Source: a bacterium
Lineage (GTDB): Bacteria; Krumholzibacteriota; Krumholzibacteriia; LZORAL124-64-63
DNA length: 64,000 bases
Assembly: GCA_031441465.1 (NCBI GenBank)
Contig: JANOEP010000009.1
Span: 64,001-128,000 of the forward strand
Direction of reading: 5' to 3'
The notes under the pieces are model-generated. The model worked only from the letters and a program-made list of their open reading frames with translations. It was not told the origin of the DNA and made no database searches. Shown here piece by piece: positions 19,879 through 28,889 of this stretch (the stretch's first letter is position 1; the number at the start of each line of letters is the position of its first letter). The position numbers were made by a program, and so were the translations under genes.

Positions 19879-22800
19879 ATGAACGACGACCGCACCTATT
19901 CGCTGGGACCCGACGACGACCGCACCCTGCCGCTCGGACCCGCCGGCGGCGGCGCCCCAGGCGAGGACGTCGGCTCGGTGATCGGACCCTACAAGCTGCT
20001 GCGCCGCATCGGCGAGGGCGGCATGGGCGAGGTCTTCGAGGCCGAGCAGACCGAGCCCATCCGCCGTCGCGTCGCGTTGAAGGTCATCAAGCAGGGCATG
20101 GACACCCGCGCGGTGGTGGCCCGCTTCGACGCCGAGCGCCAGGCGCTCGCCCTGATGGACCATCCCTGCATCGCCAAGGTCTTCGACGCCGGCGCCACCG
20201 ACCGCGGTCGCCCCTTCTTCGTCATGGAGTACGTCGAGGGCGAGTCGATCACCGACTACTGCAACCGCCGGCGCCTGGGCACCGACGAACGACTCGAGCT
20301 GTTCGTGCGCGTCTGCGAGGGCGTGCAGCACGCCCACCAGAAGGCCGTGATCCACCGCGACCTGAAGCCATCGAACATCCTGGTCGCGGAGGTCGACGGC
20401 CGGCCCGCGCCGAAGATCATCGATTTCGGCGTGGCCAAGGCCACGACGCAGCGCCTGACCGAGATGACGATGTTCACCGAGCTGGGCCAGCTGATCGGCA
20501 CGCCCGAGTACATGAGCCCCGAGCAGGCCTCCCTGACCGACGACGACATCGACACGCGCACCGACGTCTACGCCCTGGGCGTGGTGCTGTACGAGTTGCT
20601 GTCCGGCGCGCTGCCCTTCGAGTCGCGCGAACTGCGCAAGGCCGGCTACGAGGCGATCCGCAAGATCATCCGCGAGCAGGACCCGCCGCGGCCGAGCACG
20701 CGCTTCAGCGGCCTCGGGGAGCGCAGCACGAGCGTGGCCGATGCCCGCGGCATCGCGCCGAAACGGCTGCAGAGCGAGCTGCGCGGCGACCTGGACTGGA
20801 TCACGATGAAGGCGCTGGAGAAGGACCGCGATCGGCGCTACGAGACGGCCAACGGCCTGGCGGCCGACGTGCGGCGCCACCTGCGCAACGAGCCGGTGAG
20901 CGCCGGGCCGCCGAGCGCGTCGTACCGCCTGGGCAAGCTGGTGCGGCGCAACCGCGGCACCTTCGCCGCGCTGGGGGCGATCGCGGTCGTGCTGGTGGCG
21001 GCCGTGGTGGTCAGCTCGGTCATGTACGTGCGCGCCGAGCGGGCGTCGCGCCTGGCCCGCAGCGAGGCCAGCAAGGCCACGCAGGTGTCGCGCTTCCTGG
21101 GGGACATGCTCGGCGGCGTGGGGCCGCACGTGGCCCAGGGGCGGGACACGAAGATGCTGCGCGCGATCCTCGACGAGACCGCCGCGCGCGTCGGCAAGGA
21201 GCTGGCGGACCAGCCCGAAGTGGAGGCGGCGCTGCGGCTGCAGCTGGGGCTCACCTACCGCCAGCTCGGCGAGTACGAGGCCGCGCAGGAGCAGATCGAC
21301 CGCGTGCGCGAACTCCAGACGGCGTTCGACCGCGCGTCGCCCTTCCCCGCCAAGTTCCTGGTGGAGGCCGGCTCGCTGGCCTGGAACCGCGGCGAGATGA
21401 AGGACGCCGAGGCGACGTACCGGCAGGCCCTGCTGCGCATGGCGGACGCGGCGCCGGTCGATTCGGTCGCCTGGGCCGAGGCCTCCCTCTACCTGGCGAA
21501 CGTCCTGCAGGAGCAGGGTCACTACGTCGAGGCCGACTCGCTGATGCACCTCTCCCTCGCGATCTACCGCGGCCTGCCGCAGGAGTCCGACGCCCTGGCG
21601 GTGAACCTCAACAGCCTGGGCAACCTGTCGCGCTACCAGGGCGACCTTCCGGCCGCCGAAGGCTTCTACAACGAAGCCCTGGCGGTCCACCGCCGGGTGC
21701 TGGGCGACGCCCACCCGTTCGTGGCCACCGACCTGCACAACCTGGGCCGGCTGCTGGACGCGATGGGGCGCAGCGAACAGGGCGAGAAGCTGCTGCGCGA
21801 GGCGATCGCGATCCACGGACGGGTCTTCGACGGCCCCCATCCGGACACGGCGATCCTGCTGCGCTCGCTCGCGGAGCTCATCATGAGTTCCGAACGCTTC
21901 GACGAGGCGGATTCGCTCGCGCAGGCCGCCTGCGCCATGACGCGGACGATCTACGGCGACCACAACGAAAACACCGTGCACGCGCTGATCTCGGTGGCCG
22001 AGGTGCAGTCGCGGCGGGGGAACCTCGCGGCGGCCGAAGCGACCTTCGCCGGACTCGTGACGACCTGCCGCGACACCGGGATCACCGATCCCGGCCTGCT
22101 GTCGACCGTGCTTTACCGACTGGCGACGACGCAGCTGAAGCAGGGGCGCAACCGGGACGCGCTGGCGCCCTTCGCCGAGGCGGTCGAACTCTCGACCGCG
22201 GTCAGCGGCGCGGACCATCCCAACACCCTGCTGTTCCGCAACGACTACGCCCGCGCGCTGGCCGGACTGGGGGACGACGAGGCGGCGGTGCAGCAGCTCC
22301 GCGTGGTCCTCGCCGCCCGGGAGCGGGTCCTGGGCCCGGGGCACCCCGAAACATCGATCACGCGCGTGGATCTGGGACGCAGCCTCCGGCGCCTGGGCAA
22401 GCCGGAGGAAGCCGAGGCTCAGCTGCGTCAGGGGCGCGACGACTACGGGGCCGCCAAGGGGAACGACCATCCCGGGCGCTGGATCGGCACGGTGCACCTG
22501 GCCGGCGCGCTGATCGACCTGAAACGGTTCGACGCCGCCGAACAGGAGTTGCAGGCCGCCGAGGAGTTCTACCTGGAGCATTCCGGGGCGGGCAGCGTCG
22601 AAACCCGGTGGGTCCGCGTGAGGCTTTCCAATCTCTACCTGAGGGCGGGGCGCCGGGCCGACGCCGACCGCATGATGGCCCTGGCCCTGGACGGGACGCC
22701 GGGTCCCGTCGATGCGCGGACCCGCGGTCGGGCCCTGAACGACCGGGGCGAGTCCTGGTTGGCCATGGACAAGCCGGACGAGGCCGAGAAATCCCTGAAG

Positions 22801-22938
22801 GAAAGCTTCAAGATCCTCGAAGCGGAACTGGGCGCCACCAACGGTGACACCCAGTACGCCATGCGCCTGCTGGCCACGACCTGCGACCGTCTGGGCCGGC
22901 CGCGGGACGCGGCCGCCTGGCGCGCACGGCTGCAGTGA
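19879..22938 (+). CDS. Hanks-type Ser/Thr protein kinase with TM segment and C-terminal TPR repeats
   Basis: IGEGGMGEV, VALKVIK, HRDLKPSN, DFG, GTPEYMSPEQ and DVYALG; a TM helix; TPR repeats such as HPFVATDLHNLG and HPDTA. Confidence 0.95.
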   Translation: MNDDRTYSLGPDDDRTLPLGPAGGGAPGEDVGSVIGPYKLLRRIGEGGMGEVFEAEQTEPIRRRVALKVIKQGMDTRAVVARFDAERQALALMDHPCIAKVFDAGATDRGRPFFVMEYVEGESITDYCNRRRLGTDERLELFVRVCEGVQHAHQKAVIHRDLKPSNILVAEVDGRPAPKIIDFGVAKATTQRLTEMTMFTELGQLIGTPEYMSPEQASLTDDDIDTRTDVYALGVVLYELLSGALPFESRELRKAGYEAIRKIIREQDPPRPSTRFSGLGERSTSVADARGIAPKRLQSELRGDLDWITMKALEKDRDRRYETANGLAADVRRHLRNEPVSAGPPSASYRLGKLVRRNRGTFAALGAIAVVLVAAVVVSSVMYVRAERASRLARSEASKATQVSRFLGDMLGGVGPHVAQGRDTKMLRAILDETAARVGKELADQPEVEAALRLQLGLTYRQLGEYEAAQEQIDRVRELQTAFDRASPFPAKFLVEAGSLAWNRGEMKDAEATYRQALLRMADAAPVDSVAWAEASLYLANVLQEQGHYVEADSLMHLSLAIYRGLPQESDALAVNLNSLGNLSRYQGDLPAAEGFYNEALAVHRRVLGDAHPFVATDLHNLGRLLDAMGRSEQGEKLLREAIAIHGRVFDGPHPDTAILLRSLAELIMSSERFDEADSLAQAACAMTRTIYGDHNENTVHALISVAEVQSRRGNLAAAEATFAGLVTTCRDTGITDPGLLSTVLYRLATTQLKQGRNRDALAPFAEAVELSTAVSGADHPNTLLFRNDYARALAGLGDDEAAVQQLRVVLAARERVLGPGHPETSITRVDLGRSLRRLGKPEEAEAQLRQGRDDYGAAKGNDHPGRWIGTVHLAGALIDLKRFDAAEQELQAAEEFYLEHSGAGSVETRWVRVRLSNLYLRAGRRADADRMMALALDGTPGPVDARTRGRALNDRGESWLAMDKPDEAEKSLKESFKILEAELGATNGDTQYAMRLLATTCDRLGRPRDAAAWRARLQ

Positions 22939-22942
22939 TCGA

Positions 22943-23950
22943 CTACAGGTCGTTCTCCAGCACGACCCGGTAGCGCGCCTTGCCCGCCGCCAAGTGGGCG
23001 ACGGCCTTGTTCGCCTCGCTCAGCGGGAAGAACTCCGTCACCGCCTCGATGCCGTGGCGCGTGCAGAACTCCAGCATCTTGCGAATGGTCTCGGGCGAGC
23101 CCAGCGGCGAGCCCGACACGCTCTTCTGCCCCATGATGAGCCCGAAAGCCGGCACCGGAAGGGGCTCCAGCACGGCGCCGACGAGGTGCAGCCGGCCGCG
23201 GGGTCCCAGCGCGCCCAGATAGCGCGCCCAGTCCAACGGCGCGTTCACCGTCGAGAGGATGAAGTCCAGCGAGCCGGCGATCGCGTCGAGCTGGGCGGCG
23301 TCGCGCGAGTCGACGATCCGGTGGGCGCCCATCCCCACGGCCTCGTCGTGCTTGCCGCCGCTGGACGTGAAGGCCGTCACCTCGCAGCCCCAGGCGTTGA
23401 GGAACTGCACCGCGAGGTGGCCGAGGCCGCCGAGGCCGATCACGCCGACGCGGTCGGTCGGCTTGACGCCGAGGTCCAGGATCGGGTGGAAGACCGTGAT
23501 GCCGCCGCAGAACAGCGGCCCCGCCTTGCGCGGGTCCAGCCCGGCCGGCAGCGCGATCGCCCACTCGGCGTTGCAGCGCACCTTGTCGGCGAAGCCGCCG
23601 TGGCGATGGACGATGGTGGACTCCCCGTGCGTGCACAGGTTGTGGTCGCCGCCCATGCACTGCGGGCAGGTCATGCAGCTGCCGCTGACCCAGCCGAGGC
23701 CGACGGTGTCGCCGACCGTGTGGTTCTTCACCCGGCCGCCGACCGCGGCGACGCGGCCGACCACCTCGTGGCCCGGCACGAAGGGGTAGGCGGTCATGCC
23801 CCATTCGTTGTTCAGCATCGAGAGGTCGGAGTGACAGATCCCGCAGGCGGTCACGTCGATCTCCACCTGGTCGGGTCCGAGGGTGCCGGGGTCGTAATCG
23901 AAACGGGCGAGTTGGCCGCCCGCGGCTTGGGCGGCATAGGCACGGATCAT
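22943..23950 (-). CDS. Zn-dependent NAD(P)H alcohol/aldehyde dehydrogenase (cinnamyl-ADH/Ahr-like)
   Basis: CGICHSD, PGHEVVG, CxxCxxC...C, PLFCGGITV, GLGGLGH and ARYRVVL. Confidence 0.93.
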   Translation of the reverse strand: MIRAYAAQAAGGQLARFDYDPGTLGPDQVEIDVTACGICHSDLSMLNNEWGMTAYPFVPGHEVVGRVAAVGGRVKNHTVGDTVGLGWVSGSCMTCPQCMGGDHNLCTHGESTIVHRHGGFADKVRCNAEWAIALPAGLDPRKAGPLFCGGITVFHPILDLGVKPTDRVGVIGLGGLGHLAVQFLNAWGCEVTAFTSSGGKHDEAVGMGAHRIVDSRDAAQLDAIAGSLDFILSTVNAPLDWARYLGALGPRGRLHLVGAVLEPLPVPAFGLIMGQKSVSGSPLGSPETIRKMLEFCTRHGIEAVTEFFPLSEANKAVAHLAAGKARYRVVLENDL

Positions 23951-24044
23951 CGCTGGTCTCCTCGCTGGAGTGACATGGGGGTCGGTTTCACCCCGGCAGT
24001 GTAGGCGTGGCGGGGGCGAGCCGCTACGGAACCGGGGAATACGC

Positions 24045-24076
24045 GGAACGGGAGAGCCGCGAGGCTCCCCCGTTCC
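24045..24076 (-). terminator. Strong hairpin between the small DxDGDG gene and the ADH gene
   Basis: ggaacggg-ag-agcc-gcga-ggct-cc-cccgttcc; no clear U tract. Confidence 0.45.
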
Positions 24077-24102
24077 TTCGCGATCGGGTGCCGGCGAACC
24101 GG

Positions 24103-24543
24103 TCAGTGGCGACCGCCGGAAACCGCACGGGCGCCCTTGGTCGGGCACGTGCCGGGACCGAAGCCGGTGCCGTCGCCGGGGCCGGTGCCGCCGTTGCCGG
24201 TGCCGTCGCCCGGGCCGTAGCCGCAGACGCCGCCGGCCATCGACTTCCACATGGCCTTCACACGGTACAGAAAACCTTCCGTGTTCAGCGTGCAGGTCGG
24301 GTCGCAGTCACCCTCGCCGGGGCCGAAGCGGGAGCCCGTGCCGTCGGCGGGCGGAACGTAGTCGGGATCGAGCCCGTTGGGGATGCCGTCGCCGTCGACG
24401 TCCGGGGCCAGATCGTTGAAGCCGTCGCCGTTCTCGTCGACGAAGCCGCCGACGCCGTACCCGTACGACTGGGCGGAGGCCAGGGAAGCGAGGGCCGTCA
24501 GCGCGAGGATCGCGAGCACGGTGAGTGCGAGACGTGTCTTCAT
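24103..24543 (-). CDS. Small secreted Asp/Gly-rich protein (DxDGDG motifs, GPGDGTG repeats)
   Basis: AAGGAG RBS, signal peptide (ASAQS), FVDENGDGFNDLAPDVDGDGIPNGLDPDY, GYGPGDGTGNGGTGPGDGTGFGPG. Confidence 0.8.
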   Translation of the reverse strand: MKTRLALTVLAILALTALASLASAQSYGYGVGGFVDENGDGFNDLAPDVDGDGIPNGLDPDYVPPADGTGSRFGPGEGDCDPTCTLNTEGFLYRVKAMWKSMAGGVCGYGPGDGTGNGGTGPGDGTGFGPGTCPTKGARAVSGGRH

Positions 24544-24601
24544 GGTGTTGCTCCTTCACATCTGCGTGGCTGTCGAGGCGAGGTCTTGTGAGCGGCCGAC
24601 C

Positions 24602-24619
24602 AAGCAGGAGGCGGGCCAA
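24602..24619 (-). promoter_or_regulatory. sigma54 -24/-12 promoter for 24103..24543
   Basis: Minus strand reads TTGGCCCGCCTCCTGCTT: GG-N10-GC with TGGC and TGCT context, ~60 nt above the start codon, next to an NtrC-family activator locus. Confidence 0.7.
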
Positions 24620-24719
24620 GTTCGCGGCACGGGTCCGACCGTCGTCGCAACACGTTGGCTCGCAGGTGATTGCCGTTGGCGGGCCGGCGCCGTCGCGACG
24701 CGGCGCCGGCCCGCCAACG

Positions 24720-24754
24720 CGACGATCTGGTCGAATCGTTCGACGAACCTCGTA
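24720..24754. promoter_or_regulatory. Putative upstream activator site (tandem CGAC-N6-GTCG-like boxes)
   Basis: CGACgatctgGTCG at 24720 and a second CGACGAA box 21 nt later; 16/18 identical to 27956-27973. Confidence 0.55.
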
Positions 24755-24862
24755 CCGCAAACGACCCTTGTGCTGCGGATAGGCGCGGGGTAAGGTGGCG
24801 CAGCCGGCGCCCTCGCCGTCCGTGCCGGCCCGCCCATCCCCCGTCGCGGAGCTTCTGCCACC

Positions 24863-26593
24863 GTGATCTTCCCCACCGGTCCCAGGCTCTGGCTGCTGCG
24901 CCCCGCCGTCGTCGTGGCGACGCTGGTGCTGGCGGGAGCCGTGTTCATCGCGACGACCGTGCTCGAGATCCGCAGCGCGCGCTCGACGCTCGTGCAGTTG
25001 ACGGTCGGCCACGCCGAGCAGATCCAGCGCGTGGTCGGCGAGAGCCAGGGGCACGCGCTCGCCGCATTCGAAGCCTGGGAGACGCAGGCCGGCGAACGCT
25101 TGCTGGCCCTGGCGGCGCTCGTGGATCGCCTCGTGCGGGACGAGCGGCGGCCGCAGGCGTTGCTCGACAGCATCGCGACCGCCAACAACCTGACCTGCCT
25201 GACGGTGCGCTGGCCGGACCGGCGCACCATCGCCGCGGCCTCCGCATCTCCCGGGGCCGTCGGCGAGGCCGCGTGCTGGGACGATCTCGAAGCGGCCGGC
25301 GTGTCGTCGCTGCGGCCGGGAGAGGCGCGCGTGCTGCGGGCGCCGGCGGACGACGGCGGCGGCTACCGCCTGATCGGCACGCGTCGGCGGTCCGACGGCG
25401 GCATCGTCTGCGCGGGGATGGACGCCGCCGTCCTGGCGGCCGAACGGCGGCGGATCGGACCCGGGCGCCTGCTGCAGGTGCTGGGCCAGAGCAGCGGCAC
25501 CGCCTTCCTGGCGCTGCAGGACGAGGGAGGGATCCTCGCGGCGACGCCCAACGTGGACCGGCTCTCCTCGCTGGCCGGCGACACGCTGCTGGCGCGGGTG
25601 ATGGCGACCGGAGTTCCGGCTTCGCGCGAGGTGGTGTTCGCGGATCACCGGGTGCTGGAGCAGGTGTCGCGGCTCGACGTGGCGGGTCGACCCGTGAGCC
25701 TGCTGCGCGTGGGCTTGGACCTGAGCGAGGTCGAGCGGCGGCAGCGCGAAATTGGCCGCAGCCTAGCCGTGCACTCCCTGCTGCTGCTGGCGGCGCTGGG
25801 CGCCGGCGCCGCCCTGCTGATCGCCAGCCGGCGCCTGACGGCCGCCCGCGCCGCGTGGGCGCTGGCGCGGCGGGAAGTCACGGCTCTCGAGGAGGAGCGC
25901 GCGCGGCGGGAGCGCAGCTTCGCCCTGGGCGAGCTGGCTTCGGGCGTGGCTCACGAGATCCGCAACCCGCTCAACGCGATCCACGTCGTCGCGCAGCGCC
26001 TCGGCCGCGAGTTCGTGCCGACGCAGGGCGAGGCGGAGTACCGGCAGCTGACCGGGACAGTGCGCGGCGAGGTCGGCCGCATCAACCGCATCGTCGAGCA
26101 GTTCCTGCGCTACGCCCGCCCGGCTGCGCCGAGCCTGCGCCCGACCGACGTCGCGGCGCTGGTGCGCGACGTCGTCACGCTCGTGCAAGGCCGGTTCGAG
26201 GCCAAGGGTGTCGGGATCGCCGTGACAACGCCCGAACGGCTGGACATCACCGCCGATCCGGACCTGCTGCGTCAGGCGCTGCACAACCTGCTCGACAACG
26301 CGCTGAGCGCCTGCCCGACGGGGGCGCGCACGGACGTCGAACTGCGGGCCGAAGGCGAGCGGATCCTGCTGACCGTCCGCGACACCGGCTGCGGCATCGC
26401 GCCGGCCGAACTGGGGCGCATCTTCAACCTCTACCACACCACCAAGCCGGACGGCACCGGGCTCGGGCTCGCCGTCGTCGACCAGGTCGCCGCGCAGCAC
26501 GGCGGGCGGGCGTCGGCCGAAAGCCGGCCGGGGCTCGGCTCGGCCTTCACCCTCGAGTTGCCGCTCGGCGGCGCGACGGAGGACGCACGATGA
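24863..26593 (+). CDS. Sensor histidine kinase (ZraS/HydH-like) with periplasmic domain
   Basis: Two TM segments; LGELASGVAHEIRNPLN (H box), NLLDNA, DTGCGI and TTKPDGTGLGL. Confidence 0.93.
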   Translation: MIFPTGPRLWLLRPAVVVATLVLAGAVFIATTVLEIRSARSTLVQLTVGHAEQIQRVVGESQGHALAAFEAWETQAGERLLALAALVDRLVRDERRPQALLDSIATANNLTCLTVRWPDRRTIAAASASPGAVGEAACWDDLEAAGVSSLRPGEARVLRAPADDGGGYRLIGTRRRSDGGIVCAGMDAAVLAAERRRIGPGRLLQVLGQSSGTAFLALQDEGGILAATPNVDRLSSLAGDTLLARVMATGVPASREVVFADHRVLEQVSRLDVAGRPVSLLRVGLDLSEVERRQREIGRSLAVHSLLLLAALGAGAALLIASRRLTAARAAWALARREVTALEEERARRERSFALGELASGVAHEIRNPLNAIHVVAQRLGREFVPTQGEAEYRQLTGTVRGEVGRINRIVEQFLRYARPAAPSLRPTDVAALVRDVVTLVQGRFEAKGVGIAVTTPERLDITADPDLLRQALHNLLDNALSACPTGARTDVELRAEGERILLTVRDTGCGIAPAELGRIFNLYHTTKPDGTGLGLAVVDQVAAQHGGRASAESRPGLGSAFTLELPLGGATEDAR

Positions 26594-27942
26594 CCGATGT
26601 GAGGGTGCTGATCGTCGACGACGAAGCGAACCAGCGCGAGGCGTTGGGCGGCTTCCTGCTGAAGCGGGGCTACGACGCCGTGCTCGCCGCGGACGGCGAG
26701 ACGGCGCTGCGCATCATCCACGACAGCATCGTGGACGTGATGCTCACCGACGTGCGCATGCCCGGCATGGACGGCGCCGAGCTGCTCGCGAGAGCGAGGG
26801 CGGCCAACCCCCTGCTCGAGGTGATCGTCATCACGGCCTTCGGCACGATCGCCGACGCGGTGGAGGCGATGAAGCGCGGCGCTTCCGGCTACATCACCAA
26901 GCCGATCGACCTCGACGACATCGAGCTGCAGGTCCAGAAGGCGGTGGAGCGGCGCCACCTGGTCTCGGAAGTGCGCGAGCTGCGCCGGCGGGTGGCGGCC
27001 CCGCACACGTTCGCCGGGATCGTGGCCGAAAGTCCGGCCATGACCGAGGCGCTGGACCTCGCGTCGCGGGCCGCCGCGACCGACGCCACCGTGCTGATCC
27101 GCGGCGAGAGCGGCACCGGCAAGGAACTCGTCGCGCGCGCGTTGCACCACGCCAGCGCCCGACGCGACGGCCCGTTCGTGGCGGTCAACTGCGCCGCCTT
27201 CGCCGCCACGCTGCTCGAAAGCGAGCTGTTCGGGCACGAGAAGGGCGCCTTCACCGGGGCCGACCGGCAGCGGGCCGGACGTTTCGAGTCGGCGACAGGC
27301 GGCACCCTGTTCCTCGACGAGATCGGGGATCTGCCCCAGCCGCTGCAGGTGAAGCTGCTGCGCGTGCTGCAGGAACGGACCTTCGAGCGTGTCGGCGGCA
27401 ACCAGACCCTGACCGCCGACGCGCGCATCGTGGCGGCCACCCACCGCGACCTCGAGCAGATGATCGCGGACGGAGCCTTCCGGCAGGACCTCTACTACCG
27501 TCTCGACGTGGTCAACATCCGCCTGCCGGGGCTGCGCGAGAGGCGGGCGGACATCCCGGCGCTCATCGAGCACTTCCGTCACAAGGCCGCGGCCCAGTAC
27601 GGCAAGTCGGTGGACGCGATCAGCCGCGAAGCCATGGACCTGCTGGTCAAGCACGATTACCCGGGCAACGTCCGCGAGCTGGAGAACCTGGTGACGCGCA
27701 TGATCGTGCTCGCCCGCAGCCCGATCGCGACGCTGTCCGACCTGCCGGGCGGCACGGGCGGGCAGGACACGCGACGGCTCGACGACTGCCGCGGCGACCT
27801 GCCGCGCTTCGTGGAGGAGGTCGAGAAGCGCGTCGTCCGCGAGGCCCTCGACGCGGCGGGCGGCAACCAGAGCCAGGCGGCGCGCGCGGTGGGCTTGACC
27901 GAGCGCAACCTGCGCTACAAGTTGCAGAAGTGGGGCTGGTAG
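26590..27942 (+). CDS. sigma54-dependent response regulator (NtrC/AtoC/ZraR family)
   Basis: Receiver domain (VDDE, DVRMPG, KP), GESGTGKE, ESELFGHEKGAFTGA, PGNVRELEN and a Fis-type HTH; ATGA overlap with the kinase. Confidence 0.95.
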   Translation: MTDVRVLIVDDEANQREALGGFLLKRGYDAVLAADGETALRIIHDSIVDVMLTDVRMPGMDGAELLARARAANPLLEVIVITAFGTIADAVEAMKRGASGYITKPIDLDDIELQVQKAVERRHLVSEVRELRRRVAAPHTFAGIVAESPAMTEALDLASRAAATDATVLIRGESGTGKELVARALHHASARRDGPFVAVNCAAFAATLLESELFGHEKGAFTGADRQRAGRFESATGGTLFLDEIGDLPQPLQVKLLRVLQERTFERVGGNQTLTADARIVAATHRDLEQMIADGAFRQDLYYRLDVVNIRLPGLRERRADIPALIEHFRHKAAAQYGKSVDAISREAMDLLVKHDYPGNVRELENLVTRMIVLARSPIATLSDLPGGTGGQDTRRLDDCRGDLPRFVEEVEKRVVREALDAAGGNQSQAARAVGLTERNLRYKLQKWGW

Positions 27943-27945
27943 TCG

Positions 27946-27980
27946 CGCCGGATTCGTCGAGGCGTTCGACGAAAACGTCG
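27946..27980. promoter_or_regulatory. Putative upstream activator site (tandem CGAC-N6-GTCG-like boxes)
   Basis: CGCCggattcGTCG (27946) and CGACgaaaacGTCG (27967), 21 nt apart; also contains the palindrome TTCGTCGA-N5-TCGACGAA. Confidence 0.55.
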
Positions 27981-28056
27981 AGCGCCGACCGCGACGCGCA
28001 CTGGGATGGTCCCCGTATCTGTAGACAAGACAACGAAATGAGTGCGCCTCCCCATC

Positions 28057-28073
28057 GGGGCCGCAAAGTTGCT
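28057..28073 (+). promoter_or_regulatory. Possible sigma54 -24/-12 promoter for 28218..30007
   Basis: GGGGCCGCAAAGTTGCT: GG-N10-GC spacing with a TTGCT -12 box; the -24 context is less canonical. Confidence 0.55.
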
Positions 28074-28217
28074 GGGAGTCGCCACAAGGTCCTCCGAGGG
28101 ACTGCGGTGAGCTACCCAACAACGAGTGGACCCCCTCGCACTTGGTAGCGATCCGTGAAGAGGGGGCGGGGAGAGGCGAGGCTCTTCCGCCCCCTCCGAC
28201 AATCTAAGGGGATGCCG

Positions 28218-28889
28218 ATGTTCAAGACATTCATCACGATGGGATTCGTCGCCGCCGCGACCGTCGCGGCGGCCGCCGATCCGTCCGGACCGCCCGTGCC
28301 GGCCGCCGGCTGGGTCGATCAGGACCGGGACCAGCGCCACGACCTGTTCCGGGACGCCGACGGTGACGGCACCAACGACGTCGACGGGCGCCGCTACGAT
28401 CACCCGTTCGCCTGGTCCGACGCCGACGGCGATCTGCTCAACGATCACTACCGCGACGCCGACGGCGACGGCGTCAATGATCTCGAGACCGGCTTCCATG
28501 ACGCCGATGCCGACGGACACGACGACAACGTGCTCGACATGAACGGCGACGGTTGCAACGACATCACGGGCCTGGCCTACTCCCGCAACGACCTGCACGG
28601 GGACCGCTACGGGTTCGTGCACGACGGCGCCTTGTGGGTGGACGAAGACGGCGACGGCTTCCCGGACGACCGGATGGGACCGGGCCACGAGGGGCGCACG
28701 GGACAAGAGGACCGCTTCCAGGATCACGACGGCGACGGCCTGGCCGACGGATGCTGGTTCCAGGACGGCGGCTTCCAGCACCACCGCGCGAACACCGGAC
28801 ACGACGGCACCGGACACGGTGGCACCGGACACGGCGGATCAGGAAACGGCGGCGGCGGCGGCTTCCCGACCGGACCGGGACCCCGGTGA
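28218..28889 (+). CDS. Secreted Asp-rich repeat protein (about 9-10 DxDGDG-type motifs, His/Gly tail)
   Basis: Signal peptide; DADGDG, DMNGDG, DEDGDG, DHDGDG motifs; tail GHDGTGHGGTGHGGSG; AAGGGG RBS. Confidence 0.8.
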   Translation: MFKTFITMGFVAAATVAAAADPSGPPVPAAGWVDQDRDQRHDLFRDADGDGTNDVDGRRYDHPFAWSDADGDLLNDHYRDADGDGVNDLETGFHDADADGHDDNVLDMNGDGCNDITGLAYSRNDLHGDRYGFVHDGALWVDEDGDGFPDDRMGPGHEGRTGQEDRFQDHDGDGLADGCWFQDGGFQHHRANTGHDGTGHGGTGHGGSGNGGGGGFPTGPGPR

